64,000 nucleotides of DNA, taken from an uncultured Phycisphaeraceae bacterium. GTDB taxonomy: Bacteria > Planctomycetota > Phycisphaerae > Phycisphaerales > Phycisphaeraceae. This document shows positions 18,287-28,040 of the stretch, piece by piece. Location of the stretch: assembly GCA_964625505.1 (NCBI GenBank), contig CAZVBW010000001.1, positions 8,542 to 72,541 on the forward strand, in the 5' to 3' direction. The notes under the pieces are model-generated. The model saw only the letters and a program-made list of their open reading frames with translations. It was not told the origin of the DNA and did not search any database. A program made the position numbers and the translations under genes. Each line of letters begins with the position of its first letter. Positions within the stretch are counted from its first letter, which is position 1.

Positions 18287-19222
18287 TCAGGGGCCCATGC
18301 CCACCAGGCGCGAGGAGTCACCTTCGTAGACCACGTGGCGGACGCCGTGGTTGTCATTGTCGGTGCGGATATTGGACCAGTCGGTGCGGGTCGCCAGCTC
18401 GATGGACCGGACCTCGCCGCCGTGGCGGAGGACCTGGTTGGCGCCGAGGTGCTTGGGGGAGTGCCAGTCGTACTGGCCGCCGCCGAGCCCGACGTAGTCC
18501 TCGTGGCCGCCGTAGACGCCCTGTTCGTAGGTTCGGCCCATGTCCGCCGCGAGCGGCAGGTAACCCGGCTCGGACTGGTCCAACGGGCGGATCCACCGCG
18601 GGATGCCGCCGCTGACCTGCCCGCCGCGGGACGGCAGGTGGTAGCTGATGTTGCGGTTGCCCGGCCACGTGGGGTTGAAGCCGGTCGCGGCGTCCCACTG
18701 GGCACCGGTCATGTTGCCGTGGTCCAGAAAGGCCGCGAAGTTCTCCCAATAGTTGAAATCAAGACTCTTGTCGTTGAGGTCGCGGTTGTTCGGGCACAGG
18801 AACATCTCCGGCGAGCCGTACGCCGGGGCCAGCATCGTCGGAGCCGGCCGGTTGTACCGCTTGCCGAAGCCGTCCATGTTGTGGGGCGTGCTGGTGCCGC
18901 CGAAGCCGGACTGGCGGGTCCATTCGTCCTGAAACTCGCCCGCGAACCAGGCGTCGTGCCCGTAGAAGTTGTCGGTGAAGTGGCTGACCGGAAACGCGCT
19001 GCGGCTGTCGGTCGCGTAGCTGTGGAAGGCGATGCCGATCTGCCGCAGGTTGCTGCCGCAGACCACCTTCCGCCCCGCCTCCCGGGCCTGCTTCAGACTC
19101 GGCAGCAGCAGCGCCACCAGCAGCGCGATGATGCTGATCACCACCAACAGCTCGACCAGCGTAAAGCCGCCCCGAGACCCGGCCCCATGGCCAACTGAAT
19201 CGCCCGCATGACGCTCGAACAC
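18287..19222 (-). CDS. Prepilin-type N-terminal cleavage/methylation protein, DUF1559 family
   Basis: The start is GTG. The sequence is ...[55 protein letters not shown]. It lies 27 nt upstream of the ABC ATPase gene. Confidence 0.85.
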   Translation of the reverse strand: MFERHAGDSVGHGAGSRGGFTLVELLVVISIIALLVALLLPSLKQAREAGRKVVCGSNLRQIGIAFHSYATDSRSAFPVSHFTDNFYGHDAWFAGEFQDEWTRQSGFGGTSTPHNMDGFGKRYNRPAPTMLAPAYGSPEMFLCPNNRDLNDKSLDFNYWENFAAFLDHGNMTGAQWDAATGFNPTWPGNRNISYHLPSRGGQVSGGIPRWIRPLDQSEPGYLPLAADMGRTYEQGVYGGHEDYVGLGGGQYDWHSPKHLGANQVLRHGGEVRSIELATRTDWSNIRTDNDNHGVRHVVYEGDSSRLVGMGP

Positions 19223-19637
19223 GATAGACCTCCCGACCTGTTATCGACTGAAACAGCCAATTTCTTGGCGAACTGACTCATGAGTATAGCGGGGCACCCG
19301 CCGCAGAGCCACGATGTTTTCGGTGGGCCATGGGACGCCACCGGCGGTCAGGGCGTCGAAGACCGCTTCGAAGCGTCGGGGCTGGTGTGGGCGATCGTGC
19401 GTGCGTTGGGACGTGCGAGGGCGCGCGATCGTCACAGCCGGGCCGCCCCGCGGCCCGGGCCCAGCTGGCGATCCGCGGCCATCACCTCGCCACGGCCGCA
19501 CAAGCAACCCGGCTCTTGGCTCAACGTGCCGAGGGGCGGCACCCACCCCGGGCCGCCCCGCTCACCCCAACTGCTCCGACAGGCTGGGCGGGCGCTTGAC
19601 CCAAGGCGATCAGGATCACGCCGCCGCCGGCGAAGCA

Positions 19638-19671
19638 ACAAAAACGGGCCGCGTGCGAAGCAAGCGGCCCG
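19638..19671 (-). terminator. Rho-independent terminator after PEP-CTERM gene 19699-20445
   Basis: On the minus strand: CGGGCCGC-ttgcttcgcac-GCGGCCCG followed by TTTTTGTT. Confidence 0.65.
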
Positions 19672-19698
19672 GGTCAGTCTCTATAGAGTGCGAAGCGT

Positions 19699-20445
19699 TC
19701 AGCGGCGCCGACGCGTGAGCATCAATGCTCCGCCCGCGGCGAGCAGCGCGATCGACGCGGGCTCGGGGATCACCTCGAGCTGCACGTTGTCGAGCCGGGC
19801 GAACTCGGCGTTCGCATTCGGATTGCTGCTGAACTCGATCCAGAGCTGCTGGCCGATGCTGGCACTGAGCGGCGCCACCACCTCATCGGCAGGGTCGACC
19901 GTCTGGTACGTCGATGGGTTACCCGACACCGACCCGGACAGCAACGTGGTCTTCGTGCCGCCGAGCGTGTTGTCGCTGGTGGTGAAGAGGTAGTATTCAA
20001 AGGAATCGCCGGTGGCATCCCACGTTTGCGCAGCCAACCAGTCGAACGAGAGGTCGAGGATATCTCCATCCTGCACCACGTAGTTGGTGTTCAACAGGCC
20101 GCCGAGGACATCGCCACCGCCTTCGGCACCCATCACCAAGGAATGGCTGCCCTCGGACGCCAGCAGATTGTCGCGGGTTTGAATCGATTCGACGACGTTA
20201 GTACCGACCCCGTCGCCGGTCTGCCAGAAGCCCGCCGTGGCGTTGTCCGATGTCAGCTCGTTGCCCGAAGGACCAAACTCAAAGCTGCCGTTGCTGTTGT
20301 AAATGTCGCCGGGGCCGTTGGTGTAGCTGGGGTCGACCACGACCACCGCGGCGGCGGAGCCGGCTACCGCACAGGACAAGGCCACCGCAGAAGCGGAAGC
20401 CAAAGCGGCGACAGATGGGATGAGGGGGGTGCATTTGCTGGACAT
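19699..20445 (-). CDS. PEP-CTERM sorting-domain secreted protein (lectin/CBM-like body)
   Basis: I start at MSSKCTPLIPSVAALASASAVALSCA (ATG comp. 20443-20445, AAGGAG RBS). The C-terminus is LDNVQLEVIPEPASIALLAAGGALMLTRRRR. The 5' extension to 20718 is rejected. Confidence 0.85.
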   Translation of the reverse strand: MSSKCTPLIPSVAALASASAVALSCAVAGSAAAVVVVDPSYTNGPGDIYNSNGSFEFGPSGNELTSDNATAGFWQTGDGVGTNVVESIQTRDNLLASEGSHSLVMGAEGGGDVLGGLLNTNYVVQDGDILDLSFDWLAAQTWDATGDSFEYYLFTTSDNTLGGTKTTLLSGSVSGNPSTYQTVDPADEVVAPLSASIGQQLWIEFSSNPNANAEFARLDNVQLEVIPEPASIALLAAGGALMLTRRRR

Positions 20446-20528
20446 TCCAAATCTCCTTGGGGATTCACTCGGCCTGAGCTTCGACTCAGTTTCCAGAACC
20501 TTGGCGACCTTGCGCGACGACCATAAAG

Positions 20529-20583
20529 TCGAAGCGCTTCGAAGCTGCTGGTACAGTCTACGCCGGGGTCCGCAGGGTGTCAA
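20529..20583 (-). promoter_or_regulatory. Sigma70-like promoter TTGACA-N17-TAGACT plus a 14-nt perfect palindrome just downstream
   Basis: On the minus strand the -35 TTGACA is comp. 20578-20583. The -10 TAGACT is comp. 20555-20560, giving a 17-nt spacer. The palindrome TCGAAGCGCTTCGA at 20529-20542 sits in an operator-like position, about 85-140 nt upstream of the start at 20445. Confidence 0.5.
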
Positions 20584-20944
20584 CGTTTTCTTGTGACCCA
20601 ACCCGCGGTGCATCGCCGTGCCGAGACGCCGACGTCGCGCCTGTCGGGTGACCTGGAGCCGATCAACGATCCCCGTAACGGCTAGATGGCGACGGCTGTG
20701 GGGCGGGCGGTGTGCCACAGCTCGGCCGAGGGCCTATGGGTGCCCCGGAGCCGCCGGCTGTCGACACGCCTCACCGCCGCGTCGGCGAGGAGATACCCCA
20801 CCCGACCACCGCGACATCGATTGCTGCGCGGCTCTGTCTCTGACGAGCGTCATGAAGACAGGCGGAACTCACGCCGCCCGCCGCCGGCTTCAACGACGCC
20901 CGGCGACGGCTTGGCCACCGACACGTTCCGCGGCCCCACCCCGC

Positions 20945-22342
20945 TCACCCCGACTCCTCCGAGCGCCTGCCGACCTGGACCCGCAGCCGCGGGGCCGACG
21001 CCAACGCTTCGACCAGCCGCGGGATGTCCTTGCTGTGGATCTTGCCCGCCCGGCCGATCCGGCCCATCGACTCGATCGCCAGCCGCGCCACCGCCCCGTC
21101 CTTCCGCACGTGCAGCACCGCGTCCTGGTTCAGGCACACGCTCCGCTGCTTGCGATACTTGTGATACACCAGCCGCTGGTCGGTCACCAGCACGCCCGCC
21201 AGCCCCGCGTCGGTCGACGGCAGGTCCGGATCATTTAAGTACAGCGCAAAACTCTCGCCCCGCCCGAAACGCGCCCACGCCTCGATCCGCTTGCGGGTCT
21301 TGTCCGCCAGCGACGTCCATCGATCGTCGCTGAGCCGCTGGATGTCCCGGCTCAGCAGCGCGTGCTCGGGACCGACGCACCCGTTGACCCGCTCCAGCCA
21401 TTGCAGCGCCACCTCGCCGTGGGGCACCCGCACCTCGCAGGCGACCTTGCCGCCGGCCTGCTCCTTCGTCCAGGCATCGAGCGTGTGGTCGTCGCTGCGG
21501 TCCGACGCGTAGTACGCCAGCGTCTGATCGAACGGCCGGGCGAAGCCGTCCATCGACCCGATCGACTTCACCGCCGCGTGCCGGTCCGTGCCCCGGCCCA
21601 GCCGACGCTCCCGCTTGTGTTCCAGCGAGCGCGTCGACATCTCAGGGCCCCGGTACCGATCCGCAAACACCACCGGCCGGACCATCAGCGACCCCCCCGC
21701 CGCCGCCTCGCCCGTGAACACGCAACGCATCGGCAGCGACGCCCGGAACCGCTCGTCCCGCAGCCACCGACTGTCAAACGCCAGCGTCACCCCCTCCATC
21801 GTCACCTCCCGCACCGCCAGGTACGGCCGAGCCTTCACCGGGTCGATCTGCGTCGGATACGTCGCCTCACCGGGCGTCGGTGCCCCAGCCTTCCCCGCCG
21901 GCGCGGCCTTGGGCGGGGTACCGGCAGCCGCGTCCCGCGGCTCGGACATGTTGTCCCGCCAGACCGTGCGGTCTTCCTCGGGCCGACCCTTGGGGTCCAC
22001 TTCTCGCCCCACCGCGATACCCGCCACCGTCCCCCCGGCATCGCCGCCGTCGCCGCCACCGTCCACGCCCTCGCCGATGCCCAGCGGGTCGTCGTCCGCC
22101 GCCGTGGCCACGTGCATCTCACCCCCGCCCGTCGAGCCTCCAGCCTCGCCCGACTCCTCGTCTTCACGCAGCCGCTCGCTGCTGAAGCTCTCGGCCATCC
22201 AGTGCGAGACCGTCTCGTCCAGCAGGTCCCGCGGCGACGGGATCACGAACCGCCCCGTGCATTCACTGCACTTGGCCCGACGACCCGACGCTTCCTGAGG
22301 AACCAGCAGCGGGGCCTGGCAATGCGGACAATCGATCGTCAT
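20945..22342 (-). CDS. Zinc-ribbon (MJ0042-type) N-terminal protein with an acidic/Gly-rich linker and a C-terminal domain of unknown function
   Basis: MTIDCPHCQAPLLVPQEASGRRAKCSECTGRFVIP contains CxxC...CxxC. A low-complexity stretch GGSTGGGEMHVATAADDDPLGIGEGVDGGGDGGDAGG follows. The remaining roughly 300 aa match no family I recognise. Confidence 0.6.
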   Translation of the reverse strand: MTIDCPHCQAPLLVPQEASGRRAKCSECTGRFVIPSPRDLLDETVSHWMAESFSSERLREDEESGEAGGSTGGGEMHVATAADDDPLGIGEGVDGGGDGGDAGGTVAGIAVGREVDPKGRPEEDRTVWRDNMSEPRDAAAGTPPKAAPAGKAGAPTPGEATYPTQIDPVKARPYLAVREVTMEGVTLAFDSRWLRDERFRASLPMRCVFTGEAAAGGSLMVRPVVFADRYRGPEMSTRSLEHKRERRLGRGTDRHAAVKSIGSMDGFARPFDQTLAYYASDRSDDHTLDAWTKEQAGGKVACEVRVPHGEVALQWLERVNGCVGPEHALLSRDIQRLSDDRWTSLADKTRKRIEAWARFGRGESFALYLNDPDLPSTDAGLAGVLVTDQRLVYHKYRKQRSVCLNQDAVLHVRKDGAVARLAIESMGRIGRAGKIHSKDIPRLVEALASAPRLRVQVGRRSEESG

Positions 22343-22506
22343 TTCCACGGCGTGACTCCTCTGCGAACCAACCGGCACGCGGCAGCGCAAGACAGGACCC
22401 GGGCGCGCCGCAACGCCAGTCTACCAGTGCGTCTGAGAAGCCGAAGTCCGGGACGCAGCCGAAGCGTCGGATCAAACACCGCCGCGTCACCCACCGCGCC
22501 GTTCGC

Positions 22507-23244
22507 CTATACCAACACCGCCGACCGCTCCGCCGCCTCCGTCGGCCGGGCCGCCAGACCCGCTGCCCAGACCACCCGCGCCACCACCAGCGTCTGCCTG
22601 GCCCCCCAGTCGCTCGCGAACACCTCCAGCCCCAGCCGCACCCGCTGACCCAGCCGGACCAGCTCCACCCGCGGCGGCTCACCGGCCAGCTCATGGTCCG
22701 GGCCGTCCAGCAGCTCCAGCATGCTCACCAGCGGGGGCGTGATCACCGCCACGTCCGGCCGATCGTCCATCGCCTCCACCGCCGTCCGCCCGATCCCCGC
22801 CAGCGGCGCCTCCGCGCCGCACCGCAGTTCCCGCCACTGGTCCGTCGGCACCTGCAGTGTCAGGTGGCCCAAGGCCTGCCCCGGCTGGGCCTCGGCCCGC
22901 CCCGCCACATCGCTACGCACCGGCGCAACGCTCCCGACCGCGTGCCCGTCGATGATCAGCCAGTCGTCGCCCGGCCGGTCCTCCCGCGACTGCTCGGGCG
23001 GCCCGAGGTCCACCACGTCCAGCCACACCCGCCGGCCCGCCCGCCGACGACGCAGCACCCGCACCAGCCGCCGGCCCCCCAACGCCTTGGCATCCACCGC
23101 CACCTCCCGCCGCAGCGACGCCACGTCCTGCAGCAGGTCCGCCGCCAGCGACAGCCGCACCAGGCCCGGCTCGGAGCGGTCCCGTTCCAACCCCCGCACC
23201 GGGCCACGCACCTGCCGATCCACGTACAACCAGCCGTCCATCAT
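22507..23244 (-). CDS. Hypothetical protein
   Basis: The ORF composition is plausible (MMDGWLYVDRQVRGPV...) and is the least Arg/Pro-biased of the overlapping frames. I recognise no family. Confidence 0.4.
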   Translation of the reverse strand: MMDGWLYVDRQVRGPVRGLERDRSEPGLVRLSLAADLLQDVASLRREVAVDAKALGGRRLVRVLRRRRAGRRVWLDVVDLGPPEQSREDRPGDDWLIIDGHAVGSVAPVRSDVAGRAEAQPGQALGHLTLQVPTDQWRELRCGAEAPLAGIGRTAVEAMDDRPDVAVITPPLVSMLELLDGPDHELAGEPPRVELVRLGQRVRLGLEVFASDWGARQTLVVARVVWAAGLAARPTEAAERSAVLV

Positions 23245-23443
23245 CCCTCGGCCCTCTCCCACAATGGCGAACACAGACCGCGCCGATCAATCCTACTGCT
23301 GCGGCTGCCGGCATAAACCCCGCCCGCGCTTGCCCAGAATCACAATCCGGCGGCGGGCGAAGATTTTCTGGCACCGATGACGCGGCGCGGGTAAACTGGG
23401 AGGTTCGTTCCGCTGGATGGCTGGCGGGGCATCTTTGACAACT

Positions 23444-23834
23444 GGGGCCGACTGGCATCGACCGGACGCGTTCCGGTTCGTGGTTGCACGTCGAGGTCCA
23501 GGGACCTCGTTAATCCTCCTGGAAAACACTAAATGCCGACGATTCCATCGCCGGTCGGATCGGCTTCGCGCCGGCCCGCCTCGCTGCCTAACTTCGGTTA
23601 GCGCAGCCTCTGCCTCCCCGTCCAATCTTCCTGCGTTGGGCGGGGCAGGCACACTGACCAGCAGGATCGCCCGCGTCGGGCTGTCTCCGACGACGCGGGT
23701 TAAGAGCACCGGAGACTGGACCCGAGGCAGGGCGTCGCTGCTCGTCCGAGGGTCGAGATCAAATCAGCGAATACACGTGTAGACGCTACGGGCTGCCCGT
23801 CACGGCACGGGGGTTCGAATCCCCCCGGCTCCAC
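23444..23834 (+). ncRNA. ssrA: tmRNA (transfer-messenger RNA)
   Basis: The 5' GGGGCCG pairs with the 3' CGGCUCC, including the G3:U pair. The 3' end GGGGGUUCGAAUCCCCCCGGCUCCA is a tRNA-like T-arm and acceptor stem. The tag ORF at 23535-23591 encodes ADDSIAGRIGFAPARLAA followed by a stop, which is a canonical ...LAA ending. CCA is only partly encoded. Confidence 0.93.
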
Positions 23835-23851
23835 TGGTTCCGATGAGGAAC

Positions 23852-23900
23852 CCAGGCCGCCAAGCACGCGCGAAAGCGTTTGCCTGGCGGCCTTTTTGTT
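23852..23900 (+). terminator. Rho-independent terminator downstream of ssrA
   Basis: AGGCCGCCA ... TGGCGGCCT forms a stem followed by TTTTGTT. Confidence 0.6.
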
Positions 23901-23994
23901 GCGCCAGCAGGGAACCGCTGCTCAGATGGAGGCGGCGTTGCTTCGACTGGGGCTCGGGCAGGCCGTCGTCGCTGGGAAGCCCGCCGACGAGCCG

Positions 23995-25815
23995 TCACGC
24001 GCTCGCCATCGCTTCGGGGATCGATGCCGGGCCGGTTTGTTCGTGACTGTCGAGCCACTGGGCCATGCGGATGAACACCGCGGCGGTCCAGCCGTAGGTC
24101 GGGCAGCGCAGGCCCCGGCCGTCGTCGGCGGCGTAGTTCTCGTACATGCCCGGCTGCCGTGCGACGTTGCGGCAGAAGCGCTCGGCGACCTGGGCCGCGT
24201 GGTCCTCCCGGCCCGCGTCGATCAGGCCCCGGAAGATGATCCACGTCGGCGGTGCCCAGATCGGGCCGCGCCAGTAGCTGTCGCTGAGGAACTTCTCGCT
24301 CTGGGGCGACTCGGTCGCCGGGCCGAACGCCGTCAGCCACGGCCCGTCGGGCTCCAGCGCGTCGATGCAATGGTCCAGCAGCGGTTCGGGCAGCCGCTTG
24401 CCCAGCACGATCGGCAGGTAAGGCATCAGCGACATCGTCGGCTCGTGGTCGTGGTCGCCGCTGCGGGCCGACACGAAGCCCCCGTCGCGGACGCCTTGCT
24501 CCAGCAGCGCCTCGAGTTGACGTTCCGACCGGGCCTGCCACTGGGCGGCCTCGTCGGGCTTGCCGAGGATCTCGGCGATCCGGCCAAGCTGTTCGCACTG
24601 GATCACCAGGTACGCCGCCAGGTCCACGCCTTCGGTGGGCATGCCCTGATCGAACACCGTCGCGTTGTCCCAGCCCGAGTCGTTGCCGTGGTGGTACTGG
24701 CACATCCCGTCGCGGTCGTCGTCGCGGAAGCGGTACCACCAGTGGGTCCATCGGCTCATCGGCTCGTAGATCTCGGCGAGCCTGTCGCGGCACGCCTCGA
24801 TGCCCGCCGCGTCGATCAGGTCGCGCAGGACCAGCCCCTGCACCGGCGGCTTGAGGAAGCCGAAGTTGGCCTCGGCATCGTGCAGGTGATCGCAGATCTG
24901 CCCGCTGGGGGCCTGGTGATCAAAGTGCAGCATCAACTGGTCAAACGCCAAGTCCAGGTCCGCCGAGCCCACGCCCAGCGCCGCGAACGCGGCGTCCCAC
25001 GGCCAGGTGATGTTCATCCACAGCCGGCCCATGATGATCGCCGGACGTTGCAGCAGCCCGCGTGGGCCGACGCGGTGGTGCCAGAGCGTGTGCCACGCGT
25101 ACTCCGCGGCGGCCTGGAATTCCTCGGGGACCGATGGCATCTGAGTCATCCATGCCTCGATCTGCTCATGCTTGGCCCGCAGCGCCCGGTCGTACGGCGG
25201 GACGCGCAGCGCGGCCTGGTCGGGCTCGACCTCGTGCAGCGAGAACACCGCCTCCAGGGGCGACGCCGCGCCGTCCAGATGGATCGACGCGATCATCTTG
25301 GCCACGCCGTTTCGCGATTCGGATGCGGGGCTGTGCAGCCGTTCTTGCAGATGGACCCGCTCGGCTGAGCCGCTATGGACCACGGCCGTTTCGCCGGCCA
25401 ATGCGTCGTAGACCATCACGCAGTTGTCGTCGCGCTGGGCCCGCCAGCCCTGCGGCTTGCACCCCTTGAGCAGCACCGAGACGCCCCGACTCCGCATGGC
25501 GATCGCGTCGGTCCCGCAGAAGGTGAGTCGCGCTTCGCCCTGCTGGCTGATGAGGCGCAACTCGGCCGCCGTCGCCCGGACCTCATAGGGCAGCGGCTGG
25601 CCCGCCGCGTCGAGCAGCTGCACGTCGAACAGGTCGGTGTTCCCGCACCCGTACTGCTGCGAGGTGCCCCAGACACTGCGACGGCAGGACTGCAGGCGCA
25701 CCGGCCAGTGCTTGTCCGCACCATGCGGCGCCGCCGCCGGCGAGCGCACCTGCAGGAACGAACCGGCAGAGCTCCAAGCGTTGACGGTCAGATCGATTGG
25801 GAAGTTGTTACTCAT
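23995..25815 (-). CDS. GH63-like / MGH1-like (alpha/alpha)6-barrel glycoside hydrolase
   Basis: I start at MSNNFPIDL (ATG comp. 25813-25815), 5 nt after the LacI stop. Motifs HHGNDSGWDNATVFD, YWRGPIWAPPTW and MYENY are typical of the trehalase/GH63-like clan (from memory). Confidence 0.65.
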   Translation of the reverse strand: MSNNFPIDLTVNAWSSAGSFLQVRSPAAAPHGADKHWPVRLQSCRRSVWGTSQQYGCGNTDLFDVQLLDAAGQPLPYEVRATAAELRLISQQGEARLTFCGTDAIAMRSRGVSVLLKGCKPQGWRAQRDDNCVMVYDALAGETAVVHSGSAERVHLQERLHSPASESRNGVAKMIASIHLDGAASPLEAVFSLHEVEPDQAALRVPPYDRALRAKHEQIEAWMTQMPSVPEEFQAAAEYAWHTLWHHRVGPRGLLQRPAIIMGRLWMNITWPWDAAFAALGVGSADLDLAFDQLMLHFDHQAPSGQICDHLHDAEANFGFLKPPVQGLVLRDLIDAAGIEACRDRLAEIYEPMSRWTHWWYRFRDDDRDGMCQYHHGNDSGWDNATVFDQGMPTEGVDLAAYLVIQCEQLGRIAEILGKPDEAAQWQARSERQLEALLEQGVRDGGFVSARSGDHDHEPTMSLMPYLPIVLGKRLPEPLLDHCIDALEPDGPWLTAFGPATESPQSEKFLSDSYWRGPIWAPPTWIIFRGLIDAGREDHAAQVAERFCRNVARQPGMYENYAADDGRGLRCPTYGWTAAVFIRMAQWLDSHEQTGPASIPEAMASA

Positions 25816-26932
25816 GGATGCAAGCGGGGGCTGTGCTTTCGCGCACCACCAGTCGAGGTTCGATGACTTCGCAAAAATCACGGTGGGCGGCGATGGCCTT
25901 CTCGCCGCCGTCGGCAAGCGCCAGGACCAGTTCGCCCGCCTGGACACCCAGGTCGATCAGTCGGGCGTCCACGGTGGTCAGGCGTGTGTGCATGCGCGTC
26001 GGGTCCAGGTTGTCGAACCCGGTGACCGAGATGTCCTGCGGCACGCGGAGGCCGTGCCTGCTCAGGGCCCGGCAGGCGCTCACGGCGGTGATGTCGTTGA
26101 AGCAGACCACGCCGGTGACGCCCCGGCCGATGCCCTCGTGCCCGCGACGGTGCAGCCAGCGTTCCATCGCCTCCTCGCGGTAGTTCGCTTCGGCGAGCCG
26201 GTCGGGCGGATCTTCACGCTCCTTGCGGGGCTGGCCGTGGGTCCACGCCTCGGCCTTGATGCCATGTCGGCAAGCCGCGGCGAGGAAGTGTCGCTCACGC
26301 TGGGCGGCAATCTGATTGCTGCGTTGCCCATATTCGGGCCCCAGGTACAGCAGCTCGCGGTGGCCCAGTTCGTGGAGGTGATCGACCAGACGCCCGATCG
26401 CGTCCTTCGTGTCGTAAATGAACGAAGGCAACCGGGTCTCAACCGACGGCAACACCGCCACGATCGGCAGCGCAGGGCTGTCGCGGAGCGTCTGGGTGTT
26501 GTCCTCGACGAGGTTGCACGGCGGCAGCACCAGCCCGTCGATCCGCTTTTCTTCGACTTGGCGTCGGCCGCGAGCATTGGCCCGGCTGGTGGTGCTCGGG
26601 ACGATCAGCGCGAGGTTGTAGCCCGCGGCGTGGGTGGCCTGCTCGACGCCGGCGATGATCTCGCCGTAGAACGGCTGAAGCAGCGAGGACGGTTGGGTTG
26701 GCTCGGCGGCCGGGCCGTTCTGCTCGACGGCGACGCCCAGCGTTTCGGTCTTGCCGCTTCGGATCGCCCGGCGGTGGTACCCCGCGACGTAACCGACTTC
26801 CCGTGCAGCATTTCGCACACGCGCGGCACAATCGGCACTGATGCGCTCGGAGAGCTTGGTGCCATTGAGCACCCGCGAGGCGGTGGAGACGCTCACCCCC
26901 GCTGTTTCAGCCACATCCGACAAACTGGGCAT
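25808..26932 (-). CDS. LacI family transcriptional regulator
   Basis: MPSLSDVAETAGVSVSTASRVLNGTKLSERISADCAARVRNAAREVGYVAGYHRRAI is a LacI HTH. A sugar-binding domain follows. Confidence 0.9.
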   Translation of the reverse strand: MPSLSDVAETAGVSVSTASRVLNGTKLSERISADCAARVRNAAREVGYVAGYHRRAIRSGKTETLGVAVEQNGPAAEPTQPSSLLQPFYGEIIAGVEQATHAAGYNLALIVPSTTSRANARGRRQVEEKRIDGLVLPPCNLVEDNTQTLRDSPALPIVAVLPSVETRLPSFIYDTKDAIGRLVDHLHELGHRELLYLGPEYGQRSNQIAAQRERHFLAAACRHGIKAEAWTHGQPRKEREDPPDRLAEANYREEAMERWLHRRGHEGIGRGVTGVVCFNDITAVSACRALSRHGLRVPQDISVTGFDNLDPTRMHTRLTTVDARLIDLGVQAGELVLALADGGEKAIAAHRDFCEVIEPRLVVRESTAPACIHE

Positions 26933-27062
26933 CAGCGATAATTAGCACGCCGCGGCGGCTTTGGCAACAACAATCCGCGACGTGGGTGGGTGTAACGGGG
27001 TTGTGAAGCGGGTACGCGCCTTTCGATGACAGGCAAACTTCTTATCCGACCAGGCCGAAGGG

Positions 27063-27090
27063 TTGACAGCGAATCGGTGTGTGCTATCTT
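27063..27090 (+). promoter_or_regulatory. Sigma70-like promoter TTGACA-N16-(TGc)TATCTT upstream of a PEP-CTERM gene
   Basis: The -35 TTGACA lies at 27063-27068. An extended -10 TGCTATCTT ends at 27090. The element is about 77 nt upstream of the ATG at 27167, in a locally less GC-rich region. Confidence 0.45.
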
Positions 27091-27166
27091 TCGCACAAGG
27101 CGGGCACGTGCTCTGCCGGAATCTTGAGCTTTCATCCGAATTCGTCGAGGAACGAGGAACCTGCCC

Positions 27167-27973
27167 ATGTCAATCACCCGCCCTTTCAGCTCGCTGTCCG
27201 CCGCCGTCGCCGCCGCGGCCCTGTTCACGCCCGCCGCCCAGGCCGACCTGCTGGTCGAGTTCACGACCGCCGAGGGTTACACCTCGGGTTCGATCGGCGG
27301 ACAGGAGGTCGACGACTCGACCAGCAGCAACGTCGCATGGAGTAGCGGCTCCGGAGCGCCTCAGTATGCGGTCGATACGACCAACGACTGGGTGCAGTTT
27401 TCCAATAGTGTCGGGACGTTCAGCGGCGTCAGCACCGGCAACTTCGACAGCGCTCTGCTGGGCTTTGATCCGGCGAACCCGGGTGCCGGTTTCACCGTGA
27501 GTATTGATGTCGATTGGATTCAGAACACGGGCCAGGACAACGGAGGGGTCAGTGACACACAGCAGATTCGGTTCGAGATCCGCGATCCCGGCGGTAATCC
27601 TTACGCTGGTATCAACGTCAACGGTGACGGCACGCTGAAGTCGCGGTCTGGCGGCGACAGCAACAGCACCACCATTGCCGACATCTCCGGCGTCACCGGC
27701 TTCTCAACCGTTGACATGGCCGTCGACTTGGTCAACAGCAACGTCAGTTACAGCCTGGACGGCAACCCGGTGACCGGCTTGCAGGATGTCGCGTTCCTCG
27801 ACTCCTCAGCCAACGGCGACATCGGTCGGTTCGACTTCCGCCAGAACTTCGGCAACGCTGGCGAAGGCTTCGTCGTCCGCTTTGACAATCTGGCGGTTGT
27901 GCCCGAGCCCGGGTCGCTTGGACTGTCGGCCATCGGCGGGCTGTTGCTCATGGCCCGGCGCCGCCGGAAGTGA
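27167..27973 (+). CDS. PEP-CTERM sorting-domain secreted protein
   Basis: The signal peptide is [26 protein letters not shown]. The C-terminus is [30 protein letters not shown]. Confidence 0.88.
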   Translation: MSITRPFSSLSAAVAAAALFTPAAQADLLVEFTTAEGYTSGSIGGQEVDDSTSSNVAWSSGSGAPQYAVDTTNDWVQFSNSVGTFSGVSTGNFDSALLGFDPANPGAGFTVSIDVDWIQNTGQDNGGVSDTQQIRFEIRDPGGNPYAGINVNGDGTLKSRSGGDSNSTTIADISGVTGFSTVDMAVDLVNSNVSYSLDGNPVTGLQDVAFLDSSANGDIGRFDFRQNFGNAGEGFVVRFDNLAVVPEPGSLGLSAIGGLLLMARRRRK

Positions 27974-28040
27974 GCCGAGCTTTCAGCTTTGGAACCGTTC
28001 GGGTGCTTGGATGTTCAGTCAACTTCAGGAAGGTGTGACG

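Noticed and set aside
17480-19198. 572-aa plus-strand ORF across the ABC ATPase and DUF1559 genes
   Set aside because: It spans two well-supported minus-strand genes and is a shadow ORF.
19241-19546. 101-aa minus-strand ORF in the 476-nt gap between the DUF1559 and PEP-CTERM genes
   Set aside because: Only its last roughly 40 residues look protein-like. I see no RBS or family match, so it may be a remnant but I cannot support it.
22507-23244. PilZ-domain interpretation of the hypothetical protein (RRRRAGR ... IIDGHAVGS)
   Set aside because: The match to RxxxR / D-x-S-x-x-G is loose (there is no Ser). It cannot be supported without a profile search.
23293-23782. ORFs 23293-23709 (-) and 23417-23782 (+)
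   Set aside because: They overlap the tmRNA gene, whose structure and tag ORF explain the region.
23835-23995. Genomic island or prophage integrated at ssrA
   Set aside because: I saw no integrase gene and no duplicated tmRNA 3' end. The neighbouring genes are ordinary glycosidase and regulator genes.
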